The notes beneath the pieces are model-generated. The model searched no databases. It was given only the letters and a program-made list of their open reading frames with translations, and was not told the DNA's origin. A stretch of DNA of 61,115 bases, the filler included. It is 7 parts of 7 records of this genome, joined end to end, with 100 filler letters (N's around TTAATTAATTAA, not from the genome) between each part and the next. Parts side by side here need not be neighbours in the genome. Positions count along the whole stretch, not along the records: positions 23,083 to 40,936 come from SRR7504441_11304; positions 41,037 to 45,549 come from SRR7504441_11308; positions 45,650 to 52,830 come from SRR7504441_11313; 4 more parts are not named here. One strand, written 5' to 3'. The translations under genes and the position numbers were made by a program. Of this stretch, positions 35,355-46,341 are shown piece by piece. The stretch's first letter is position 1. Each line of letters opens with the position of its first letter.

Positions 35355-37669
35355 TTACTCGTGGTCATACTCGTGGTCACTTTCTTCTTCTAGGATGCTG
35401 AGAGGACCAAGACGTTGTTCATGCTGTACAGGCACGCGCTTGGCATTCTCACTAGCACCAGTAGTGACTGTGTGCTGACAGCTCGCACTATGTGTGTGTT
35501 TGTAGCCCTTCTTCCTCCTTTGTTTATCAACCACTTGAATAGGGGAATGGCTAGGTGCACTGCCCTTAGCTGCCGTCACGTGGAGATGCTCCGGTGGCAG
35601 TGCTTGCGTATCTTCAAACTGATCGTCGTGGTTGTCTTCAGGCAGACGGTCATGTGACTGCGCAGGAAGTTCCGGTAGGCTGTCTGTTGTATTCTCATAC
35701 CTCAGGTATGGGTCTTCATCGTCCTCCAAGTTCAGAGTCAGCTGTGTTGCTGAGCTGCTTATCTTGAACTGTGTACTTGGCTCGACAGACGCTGCACTCG
35801 AATTCCTGCAATGAGGCCAATTTCCGGTAGTCTGCCTCATGAAAATTTCGTTATTCACATGATCCCGCTCCTGCAGCACCAGCTCAGCAACCAACAACTG
35901 CAAGGCTAGAGGCACCTTGACTAACATTGCCTTATTCAGCTGTGCTTTGCTGATGAGTTCCTCGCGACACTACCCCATACCTTAGGAGTCTGATCATAAG
36001 TCTAAGGAAACCTCCAATATTCGCTGTGCATATGCGTCCTTTCGGTGGAGTTTGTCTCTTTGCATATCCAGCTGTGCTTCTGTCCAACGGTCCAGAGCAG
36101 CACGCCTCTCTTGGTGTGTTTTATCAGCCAGTCGGTTTCGCTCCCGGCGCATCCTTGCCTGCCGCGCCTGGTCCTCTCGTAGTTGGGCCACCCTCATGTC
36201 GCCCTCATGTAACTTTTCGAGCACCCCATCGTGACGCCTTTGCAACCGATCCCGGGCTGCCTGCACTTTGCTCTGGGCAAATGGATCCAGTGAGTTCCAA
36301 TGCTCTAGGCATGCTGACCTGTGCGCGCAGTTCATGCTCACGCATGTCTACCAAGCTCTGTTGCTGCTTCTCAGCCCTCATCAAGGTCAGCCTCTCGTGT
36401 TTCAACTCAGCGAGCCGATGCTTCTTCAAAAGTTTTGTCCTCCGGCCTTGTTCCCTACAACACAAGTCAGCCACCGGCCCTCTTGTGTTGAACGAGCGCC
36501 ACCTCTTCGTTACAACTTGAATTCTCCTCTCGTGCTCCTCCTGATTTGCGGTAGCTGCCCGCTGTGCACCATCGCGTATCGAATCAGTGTGCTCCTTCTT
36601 ACGTGCGGCGGCGTTTTCTGCCAGCTGCATCCTCTGTCAGTGGCGATGCGAGCCCCGCCTCACTCACTTCATGACTACGGGATGCTAGCTGCAGTTTGTG
36701 CTGCTTCCACAGCTCCAGCTCCTTGGCCTGGCCTTCCTTTGCCTTGAGCATCTTTGCCCTGTGCACTTGGCCGCGCTCCGACACCAGCTGTTTTCGCTTT
36801 TGCATCCGGAGCTCCTGAGCGCACAGCTTAACACGACAGGTCTGCCAGTTCTTTGCACCTTTGCCTCTCTTTCCAACTGCTCCTGCGCTAGCCTCTCCGA
36901 CAGCTCACCACTTGCCAGCATGTTCTTCTGGCTGGCCCGCTCTTTCTCTATCTCCTGGTAATACCAGTAAGGTTCACGCACAGGACTGGCCCACCTCTCT
37001 CAGCACGTGGGTTGCAGGGTTGTGAGGCCCGCTTGTGCCCTCCCAGTCCATTTGTTTTCGGAAGGTCACCAACGGCCCCTGGATCTTCCGGTAAAAGTGC
37101 TCAAACTGGCCGTTCATCGCCCGATCCTGCCCGCCACCGGTCAACCGTGCACCGCGACACTGCCCACCTGCCGCTCGGCCTCCAGGGTAGCATCCGCTTT
37201 CATCCTGCGCCCACCCGCTCGCCCGGCACTGGCTGACGAGCTCACGTGTCAAATATCTTCCTGTTGATCTTCTCGTGCGCGTCCTGCAGCCTGTAGAACT
37301 TGCGTGTGGCCGCCGCCACCGCTGGGATCTGGTCCGGCACTTCCGGCGACTTCACAGGATGCAGCTGCCAGCCCGTCAGCGCGATGGCCGGCGGATACGG
37401 GACGTCACCTCGAGCTGATAGTACCGCCGGACGATCGACCGGTTCCGTTGGGCGCGCTGGGCCGCGTGGCGCCAGCGCAGCTGGGCCAGCTCGCTGCCGG
37501 TCACTGCTGCCGGGGGCTCCTGGAGCTGCTTCGGCCGCAGCCCGGCTTTTCTGCACGCCTGGGGACGGTCGGACTGGTGACGGGGGGCGGGCACCTCGAG
37601 CGAGCGCGGGGTCTCCAGCCGCCAGCCGCCCGCCCCGAGCTCCGCGTCCGACATCCCGAGGTGGGCCAT
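35355..37669 (-). CDS. Coiled-coil protein, CCDC177/CCDC185-like N-terminal motif; multi-exon
   Basis: Removing the 36-nt intron 37559-37594 gives LETPRSLEACRKAGLRPKQL. Downstream R/E/K/Q-rich exons separated by short GT-AG introns. Confidence 0.5.
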
Positions 37670-37738
37670 CCCGGCCTTGGCGCCAAGGCCCCGGATGTTA
37701 TTCTCGGCAAAAAGCCGTTATTTCGTCCCTCCCGAGCC

Positions 37739-39459
37739 ATGAGAGAGCTAGCTGTGCTGGTGTGGGGCGTGCTAGCTGTGCTGGCGGTCTGCGCGGCCTC
37801 CACCCCGCCGGAGGTTGCGGCGTACCGGCAGCTGCTGAACGCTCTCTCCAAGAACACAACCGCGTGGGCGGCAGCCGGCCGAGCGCTCCGGAGTTGGATG
37901 GCGGCCAACGATCCGGACTACCCACTTTATCATCTGACTGCCCCGGAGGGGTGACCCAACCCGACTGCCCCCCTAGCCCTGATCCGGCTGGCAGGTGGAA
38001 CAACGACCCGAACGGGGTGACCTGGGACCCCCACACCGGGCTGTATCACCGATTCTACCAGTACGATCCCACCTACAGCCCGAGTAAGATGCATGGGACG
38101 GTGCCGCGCACCTGGGGCCACTCTGTCAGTCGGGACCTGGGCACCTGGGCTGACTGGCCCGGGATATACGCCGACAGCCCGTGGGACGAGCACGGGGTGT
38201 TCAGCGGCAACTGCGTCTTCAACGGCACGGACCCCAATCCCATCTGCATATACAGCAACAACCCGTGCTCGATCGGGGTGTGTGCCACCTCGAGGGACGG
38301 CTGGGTCACCTGGGAGAAGCGGGCCTGCATGACACACCCCCCGCCAAACGCCCCGCCTTACAACCAGCGCTCCCAGACCAACCATGACACGTCGCTCTGG
38401 AGGGACAGCGACACAGGCAGCTGGTCCCTACTAAGCGGCGGGTGCACGTTTGGCGGACTCGACCCAAACCAGCCGTCGGCGGGGCACACGGCGTGCAAGG
38501 GGAACGCCCAGCTCTGGCAGTCGGCGGATCTGTGGAACTTCAGCTATGTGAAGCCAATCACACTGGGAGGGCCCGGGAACTACTGGGAGCTGCCTTACTT
38601 GCTGCCGTTCGACGCCGGGGGCAACGCGATAGACAACTACCAGCACCAGACGGCAGCCCAGTACGTGCTCGCCTTCGGGCTGGGCAATAGCTACTGGGTC
38701 GGGGGCTACAACCGGTCAGTCCAGGCATTCAGTCCAGTGGCGGGCGGTAGCCCGAAGCTGTCAGACTCAAGGGCGTACTACAGCATCAACCCCCATGGAT
38801 TCGACCGGAAGGGCCCCGGCGGGAGCACTCGACGGCTTGTGTTTGGGTGGGTGGAAGGCCCAGTCTCATCAGCTGTCGAGCAGAAGATTGTACCTTACTG
38901 GCAGAGTGCGCACTCGCTTCTGAGGCTGATGACTGTGCAAGGCAGCTGGATGGTCCAGCAACCGGCGCCCGAGGTGGAGCTTCTCCGGACCAAGATGCTA
39001 TCAAACCTGACTGGCCCGATCCACGTAGGGCGCTCCGACCGCGGGCTGCTCCCAGAGCTCCGTGGGACTGCGATCGAAGTCTCAGCGACCTTCTCGCTCT
39101 CCAATAGCACAGCGACCAGCTTCGGGGTGACCGTGCGCCGATCTGCGGACGGCAAGCTAGGCACTAACGTCTCGTTCACGCCGGCGAGCACTAGCCTGAC
39201 CATGCCAGGCGTGGCGGGTTGGTACTGCGGTATGGCGGCGCAGCCTTCCGGGCCGGATACGGTCACACTGAGAATCTTCGTCGACCGGTCGGTGCTCGAA
39301 GTCTACTCAGGCGGGGCAGCGGTCACAGCCCGGATCATGCTCCCCAGTGGCGAGGCCGAGGCGGCCGATGGAGTGGACCTTTTTGCGGAAGGGGGAGATG
39401 CGACGCTGTTGTCGTTGAAGGCTTGGCAGATGGGCTCGATGTGGGGGCCGGTAGAATAA
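37739..39459 (+). CDS. Secreted glycoside hydrolase family 32 (beta-fructofuranosidase-like)
   Basis: Signal peptide, YHLTAPEG-WNNDPNG (intron 37951-37994), YHRFYQY, WGHSVSRDL, FSGN, C-terminal LRIFVDRSVLEVY beta-sandwich. Confidence 0.88.
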
Positions 39460-39830
39460 GAGAGTGGATACGTAGCGGATACGTACAGTGCGTATACGTA
39501 TACAAGCACAAAACCGTTGGTCTGAGTATCATTATGAGTAAGCCGCTTATCAGTACAAGTCTATGATTGCCATGAAACCTTCCAACTTTAATAGAAAAAT
39601 AACGACCCCTGAATTAGTTAAGATAGATCATTCAAGCGGCGAAGAGAGTAAACAGTACGGAGGAGTCGTTTTAGAAGTCGTTTCCTTCACGACCTATTCA
39701 CGACCATTAATTAACGCGTCCAAAGCTGACAATAGTCTGCCCAAGAGATTGTTTGGACTGTGCGTGCCATCACGATACCCATCCAATTCCATCGAGCTAT
39801 GGCCGCCAACGCCACGCGGGCTTAACATGC

Positions 39831-40788
39831 CTAAGCCTTCTTCTGCTTCTTGGCTGCACAGGATCGCTCAGCCCAGCAGCCCTGGGTACACGCACCAGGA
39901 GGAGAGGCGGCAGCCTCTTGCTTGACTGGCTGCGCATTAGAATCATTGTCCTCGAACACCTGGGACGGGTTTCCAAGAGACACCGGTCCGGATTGGTTCG
40001 GGGAGGCCAGGAAACTTTGCATTTCCTTCATCGTGTTGGGGGTCATTGCTCCCAGGAATTGGTTGGGTGAAGGGAACGCCTCCATACCCCCAGGGGTAGG
40101 CACTTGGCCGTCTCCAAAGCCCGGTAACCCCTGCATTCCCTCGACCTGCCGGACGGATCAACCGGCATTCATCCATTTGTTTTACCTGCATCCCAGCCCC
40201 GAGCCCGCCTCCGCCCGATGGGATCTGGATGCTCAGGGTGCCCCGCTTCTTCTGCACCCCCAGCTCAACCGCCACTCCGCACCACCCGGCATGCACCTCG
40301 CCCCCATCGCCCCCCGCGGCGTCATCGCCGCCGTCGTCATCCCCCCCCTCGTCGTCGGACCCCTTGTCCCCCTTCCTGGAGTACAATGTTCCGTACTGCC
40401 CCAGGGCGGTCAGCCGCCCGACCGGCCCGGGGGCACACGTCGTCGTTGTTGCGCGACTCGATTACTGGGCCTTCGTGCTGCTGTAGCCGCTGGATCACCT
40501 GCGCTCGCCGGTCCCAACTGAGGTGCGGGGGGTGTCGGCACCTGCGGCATGGTAGTGCTACTATACTGGAAGACTTTGCTCTCGGGCGGGGGTGTGGCAA
40601 TCATAAGCCCAATCTCGCAATCGCACAGGATCGACAGCTCCATCGCCTTCTTGATTAGCCCGGACTTGCGCTTGTTGAAGGTTACCTGCCGCCGCCCCGC
40701 CGGTCGGCTCGGGGCCGGGCTCGCGACCGGCCACCTTTCGGACCCGGACGTCATCGATGGTCTTGATCTCGATCTTTTTGCGTCCCAT
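39831..40788 (-). CDS. MADS-box transcription factor, MEF2 type; multi-exon
   Basis: [13 protein letters not shown]...[27 protein letters not shown]...KVFQYSST then MEF2-like ESRNND. 3' end approximate. Confidence 0.9.
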
Positions 40789-40936
40789 GCTCACCGGGCG
40801 CTACGCGAGCAGCAGGCGGCAGGTCGGCTTGCTCACGGCTGCCTTGGGTGCCAGCCTGGCAGCGCTTCCGCAAGTTTGAGCAGTGTAGACGCAACGGCTT
40901 GCGACAAGGTCCAACGTTTTCTCGCCTGCGATGTCC

Positions 40937-41036
40937 NNNNNNNNNNNNNNNNNNNNNNNNNNNNNNNNNNNNNNNNNNNNTTAATTAATTAANNNNNNNN
41001 NNNNNNNNNNNNNNNNNNNNNNNNNNNNNNNNNNNN
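40937..41036. other. Artificial contig-joining spacer
   Basis: 100-nt N-run with TTAATTAATTAA. Confidence 0.97.
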
Positions 41037-41239
41037 GTCCAATCCTTGGACAAAGTCGTCCGGCACTTTAGCACTTGAACTGTTTGCAGAACATAACGCA
41101 GCTGGTCCAGCGCCACATCCTTTGGCATCTCGTTTACGATCTTGAGTAGCTTGTCTTGAGCGGCGAGATACTGTCCCTTGCTGTCCCACAAGTCATCAAG
41201 GGACTGCGGGCTGTCCGCCGGCGTTGGCGGAGGTGCCAT
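41037..41239 (-). CDS. Hypothetical protein fragment (3' truncated at spacer; may have upstream exons)
   Basis: Open frame [18 protein letters not shown]...LRYVLQT running into the gap, divergent from the next gene. Confidence 0.3.
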
Positions 41240-41546
41240 GATAGCAAAACCCGCCCATGGCCTCAGCATTCAGTCGCAGCAGTGGCGAGTGCAGACCTCT
41301 GTTCCTCCTTGGTTGACCTCCCCGGGCTCCTGGAGCTCCTTGACCAATTCATCCACAGTGGCCTTGAGCTCACTGTCCGGCTGCATGTCCAGAGGCCCCG
41401 CTGGCATGGACTGCACCTTCCCCTTTTTCCTTGGCTTTAGACTCCCAACCCCTCAGCACTCGAGCTCTCCACTGAGTCCACTCCGCTCCGTTCCGCTGCC
41501 GTTGCCGAGGCACCGTCGCACCGACGAGCACGGCGACCGCAGCAGC

Positions 41547-42404
41547 ATGCACATCTTCATCAAGAGCCTCTCCGGGAAGACAATCACGCTGGACTGCGAG
41601 CCCAGCGACACAATGCGGGAGGTGGCCTGCATGATCGAGGACAAGGAGGGCATCCCGCCCGACCAGGTGCTGCGGATGCTCAAGTTTTCCGGCGGGAGCA
41701 TGGATGAGGGACGGACCCTGGCCGACTATAACGTCCAGCACGAGACCACCATGCACCTGGTGCTGATGCTCAGGGCGGGCTCCGGCCGGAAGGACAGCAC
41801 GTACGAGTCGTACAAATCGCTCGAGTGGGGCCCGGATGGGCGGCTGCACGAAGTGACCGACCCGAGGCTGGCCCGGGACCTGGAGCGGGTCGAGGCAGAT
41901 CTGCACTCCAGTAAGGTGCTGCAGATACGCGGTGTGGAGAACCGGATGCGGGTAGAGCGCGAGAAGGTCGAGGCCCTCGGGTTCAGCGGCGGTCCGATCA
42001 ATGGAGAGCTGAATTGCTGTGTCTGGTCGTGCACAGTGCCGGGCGCTGGGCCGTACGAGGGGGGCTGCTTCAGATTGTGGCTGGGGCTCCCGCCAGACTA
42101 CCCGATCAAGCCTCCCAAGGTGCAGTTCCTTACCTATATCTACCACCCAGGGTTTTTGCTCTCTGAGGATCGAGCTGGTTCGAATATCCCCCAGCCACAG
42201 GAGCTGTCAGTGTTGCAAGATTGGTCTGCAAACTGGAGCAAGATTGGAGACATCTTAAAGGAGATTGCAGATATGATTGCTCGGCCTCAAGATTACTCGA
42301 ATGACACGCAAGTTGCCAAAGAGCTTGCCGAGACGCCCGAGGAGTTTCGTCGCAAGGCCATCGAATGCACAAGGGAGTTCGCAACACCACCCGAGGATGA
42401 GTAG
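41547..42404 (+). CDS. Ubiquitin-like domain fused to a UBC/E2-fold domain lacking the catalytic Cys
   Basis: [22 protein letters not shown]...KEGIPPDQ...[10 protein letters not shown]...LVLMLRAG, then [29 protein letters not shown]. Confidence 0.85.
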   Translation: MHIFIKSLSGKTITLDCEPSDTMREVACMIEDKEGIPPDQVLRMLKFSGGSMDEGRTLADYNVQHETTMHLVLMLRAGSGRKDSTYESYKSLEWGPDGRLHEVTDPRLARDLERVEADLHSSKVLQIRGVENRMRVEREKVEALGFSGGPINGELNCCVWSCTVPGAGPYEGGCFRLWLGLPPDYPIKPPKVQFLTYIYHPGFLLSEDRAGSNIPQPQELSVLQDWSANWSKIGDILKEIADMIARPQDYSNDTQVAKELAETPEEFRRKAIECTREFATPPEDE

Positions 42405-42577
42405 AGGATTCGTAATTTATTTCCTACATATAGTTACTTTATTTCAACAGGTCTATCCTTCTTTTTCGTTACATTATCAATTAGGTGCGGGTTTGAACCA
42501 CATTTACATGACATTGTAGTACTTGGTAACTGTTCTAACGAATTGCAGAGGCAAAACGTTATCGTGTTCGAGTTTCA

Positions 42578-45485
42578 TCAGAGATCATCTTCCACACTAC
42601 GTGAGGCACCGGGGTAGTTCATCCGTTTTGCCTCTGCCATCTCCATTTCCACGGCTGCTGACGGATCCTCAGTGACGATTGCAGCCGGCACTTTCACGGT
42701 TGGTGGTGCGGGCTGTTCCAACTCCATCCCTGTGTCTGGCTTAGGCTTGACTTCGGACCCATCGCATTCCTCGTCGCCCGAATCTGCCGACTTATAACTT
42801 TCCGAGTTATCGCCGTGGCCACTGGCCCATTCCTGAAGCCGCCACTAAGGTAAGGACGCTACAGCTGCCTGGCCACCTGGTCACGCGTATTCTGATCCCG
42901 GGCGAGTTCGATCCGGCCAGGCTCGAGCCAGAGTCTAGCCTTCGTTCTGCTGTACATCTGCACACAGCGCCTCAAAAATTAATTAATTGCTATATTATAA
43001 ATGTGGCTAAGAGCCAGCACCTTGCTGTCAACAGTGCCCCGCCTCTGCGAAAGCGCCTCGAGGAAGGCGCTGTCTCTCTCGATCTCAGCGAGGTCTGGCG
43101 AAAGGCTCCGCACCTAGACGAGGCCGTGATCAATCCTCACCCTGGGCACTGTCTCGCATTTCACATCTATATACACTACATGCTTACCATTGCGTCACTT
43201 CGCTTGGTGAGTGGCCTGAGCCAAGCACCGGTCACACAACATGGGGTCGCAGCACTAAGACATGCCTGCCTAGACGAACACACAGATCCTGATAAGAGAC
43301 CACCGAGTCGAGCGTCATCGAATCAAGCTCCTCCGGCCAAGTCTTCATTAGCAGGATTAAATCCTCAACGTCCGTCCGCTCGCCTTGCGCGCAACGCAAC
43401 CAGCGCGCCCGCCTCCTTGCTCCCTCGACGAGCTCCTCGCCGACAGTGGCTTGCTTCTTCGGGTCTACTCTCACTGCGTACAGAGCGCCAGTCACAGCAT
43501 AGGCTGGGCACTAAGGCATGCCTTCGGAGTACGCGTCCATTAGCACAGCCACAAATACGTTATACATCACGAGCACTGTCATCACTAAGAAACAGCCCAG
43601 GAACACCTACCACACTCAGAGTTCAGGGCTCTCAGTATCCTCTTGAGCACCGGCGCGCCCACTGAGTTCATTGTCTTAAGGTGTCCGTAATCAAGCAGCG
43701 GCGACCCTTCCAGCCCGAAGGAGTACATGAACAGCGCCTCAAGAGCACTCCCAAAGTTCGAGAAGTTCGGATCTCCCTGGCACCCCGATGATCGGACAGC
43801 GATCCGCCTTGCGTGGGTAGCGACTCACCTTGCCGAACAAGGCCATACCAGCCACGGCACAGCCGCCAAAGTACACAGCGAGAAAGACGCACAAATGGAT
43901 CATGTCATTAGCCGAGAGCATCAGCATTGAGGTGATTAGGCCCATCTTACCCTCGTACCGGACGCATTTCATCAGTCGCAGGAAGAAGAGGATGATGAGG
44001 CAGGCGTTGAGGGACTGCACAGTGCCGGCAGACGGTGCCGCGTCTAGCAAGCTCTGAAAATCAGCCTCCGGGCTGAAGCTAGTTCCTTTCCCGAGGATGC
44101 CACGGTACCATTCGGCGAAGTATTCCGTCTGCGTGTGTAATGTAATTTCGTTCATTTGCACACACAGCACGCACACGAAAGCCAGGTAGCAGTAGGAGAG
44201 GGCAGCGCACACAATATCGAGCACATCCCAGAAGCTAGTCAGCGAGCCGGCCCAGTCCTTCCACAATTTGTAAACTATAATTGCACTCACAACCAAAGTG
44301 CCCAGTGTGAATAAGCTGATCATGGCCACCCACAGCCCGAACAAGGAGCTCTGGTGCACGCCGGGCAGCATGGCCCCAGCGTCGTCGACCTCAGTGGTCC
44401 AAAGGCCAGTGTCGTAGACGTTTAGTTTGAAAACAATATAACCGAGCAGCAAGTTGTTGCCATTCCAGGTGCCGAGCTTCACGTACAGAGTGCCTGCAAA
44501 GTTCGTTAGCATCGCTTGGACCTTTGGCCGGTAGTACTGGTAGATCTGGTCGTAATTGAAATACGTCGGGTAATTCACCTGCTGTGTCTGAATGGTCTCA
44601 GTATAGCACTTGCTGGCATTGTACGTATTGTAAATATTATCGCACGTGCTAGAAGTCGGCGACCTCTTGTGAAACTCGAACACGATATCGCCCACCGGCT
44701 GCTGCTGCCCCTGCAGGTACTTCTGACCATAAAAGGTAAAATTTAGTGTGCCTATGATCGCGGCCTCCCCTGCCTTTATCACCTCGTCCACACGGTAAAC
44801 AAACTCCTGCATCGATATCTCCACAAATTCGCCATCATCCGGAAAGGTGACTCCCACCATTGAGTCGTTCCCGTAAAGCGCCGGCAGCAGGATGTTGTCA
44901 TGCCAGTCAAAAAAGTCCCAGTAGCTCCCCACCGTGCCCCAGCTGATTGAGCTCTCATCTGTCTGGTTGAAGGCCAGCGAGTTGAGCAGCACGTACTCGG
45001 TCTGCGCCCGCGCCTCCAACGGTCCCTGCAACCGGCTCCTCGTCCGCACAGCCCGACTATACTAGTGTGACCTGCAGTGTGAATGATGCCGTGACGAGCA
45101 CGGCCGTGAGCGCCAACACCCCACGCAGTATGGCATACCCCCGCCGGGTCTCCAGCCGGGAGCAGGACAGCTCGAGCACATCGCCCAGACGCAGCACCTT
45201 CCGCCTCACCGCCGGGACGTCAGCTTCCTCACTTGGGGCCTTCCCTGACGCTGTGACCTTCTCCAGGTGCTTGCTTTCCTGCGCCACCCGCGCCCGCCTA
45301 CGGGCGAGGATGCCTCGGAAGCGTGCCTGCAGTCTGACCACCGCCCAGAGGGTCAGCGTCACCTCGCGCTGTCTAGTCAGCCGAGCCTGTGATGGTGGCG
45401 ACAGCGGCTCCCGTGCCGCCGCCACTGCCGAGCGGGGCGAAAGGTGCTCGCCCGAAGGTGACCTGTGCCGCTCTGCAGCACTCAT
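42578..45485 (-). CDS. Polycystin-2/TRP-like cation channel with N-terminal IQ motif; multi-exon
   Basis: LQARFRGILARRR (IQ), large loop after TM1, FWDVLDI, FLRLMKCVRY, GMALFG pore region, NVFVAVLMDAY S6. Confidence 0.75.
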
Positions 45486-45549
45486 GGGACTCCACAGAAG
45501 ATGGACGAGTTTGCACTGCTGATGAGCGAGTACCAGCAAGTGGCACGTT

Positions 45550-45649
45550 NNNNNNNNNNNNNNNNNNNNNNNNNNNNNNNNNNNNNNNNNNNNTTAATTA
45601 ATTAANNNNNNNNNNNNNNNNNNNNNNNNNNNNNNNNNNNNNNNNNNNN
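45550..45649. other. Artificial contig-joining spacer
   Basis: 100-nt N-run with TTAATTAATTAA. Confidence 0.97.
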
Positions 45650-46254
45650 CTGCCGGCCACTCCCTGGATCCCATCCACCACGTAGATCGAGCACACAAAC
45701 ACCGCGAAGATGTCGTGTGTGAACCGAGTCAGAAGCCGGATAAACCTGGACAGCTCGAGCCCTGCTATTAGAGTCATGTAAACTGAGACAAATATGCCGG
45801 TCCAAGCCAGAAAAACAAAGAACGGCAAGTCCAGTGAGCCAGAGACGTCAAACAGCAACGTGACAAAGGCGGTGATCGGCCCAGTCGGCCGGAGCACTAG
45901 CAGCGGCTGGCAGCCGAGCAGGGCGTGCGCCACCCCAGCCACAGAGTTAATAACGAGCCACTCGGAGGCGCCGAGCAGCGACTGGCCGTGAACGCAGTGC
46001 GCCTTGTCCTGGTCGGACGCGTCGCTGCACTGGGTGTTCCGTTTGATCACCACACCGAGCGCGACAGTGGAGGCGAAGGTGGCGAAGAACATGAACAGGG
46101 CCGAGCTGATGGTCTTGCGGGTGCAGGCCATGCGGAGGTCGGACCAGTAGTGCGGCAGGCGCCGACGGTAGTCGTCCGCGATCCCCCCGAAGCACACCCC
46201 GATACGGGTGAGCCCCACGTCCGCTCGGTGCTCGGCCCCACATGCATCAGCCAT
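45650..46254 (-). CDS. SLC4 bicarbonate/borate transporter, N-terminal part (3' truncated)
   Basis: GIADDYRRRLPHYWSD, LFMFFATF, GCQPLLVLRPTGP, LTRFTHDIF. Confidence 0.88.
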
Positions 46255-46341
46255 TTGTGTTTTGTCAATTTGTGGTGGCCGAAGGCTCGGGTAGAGCTGG
46301 CTGATCACCTCGGGTGGCACGCAGGCTGCAAAGCGCTCTGG

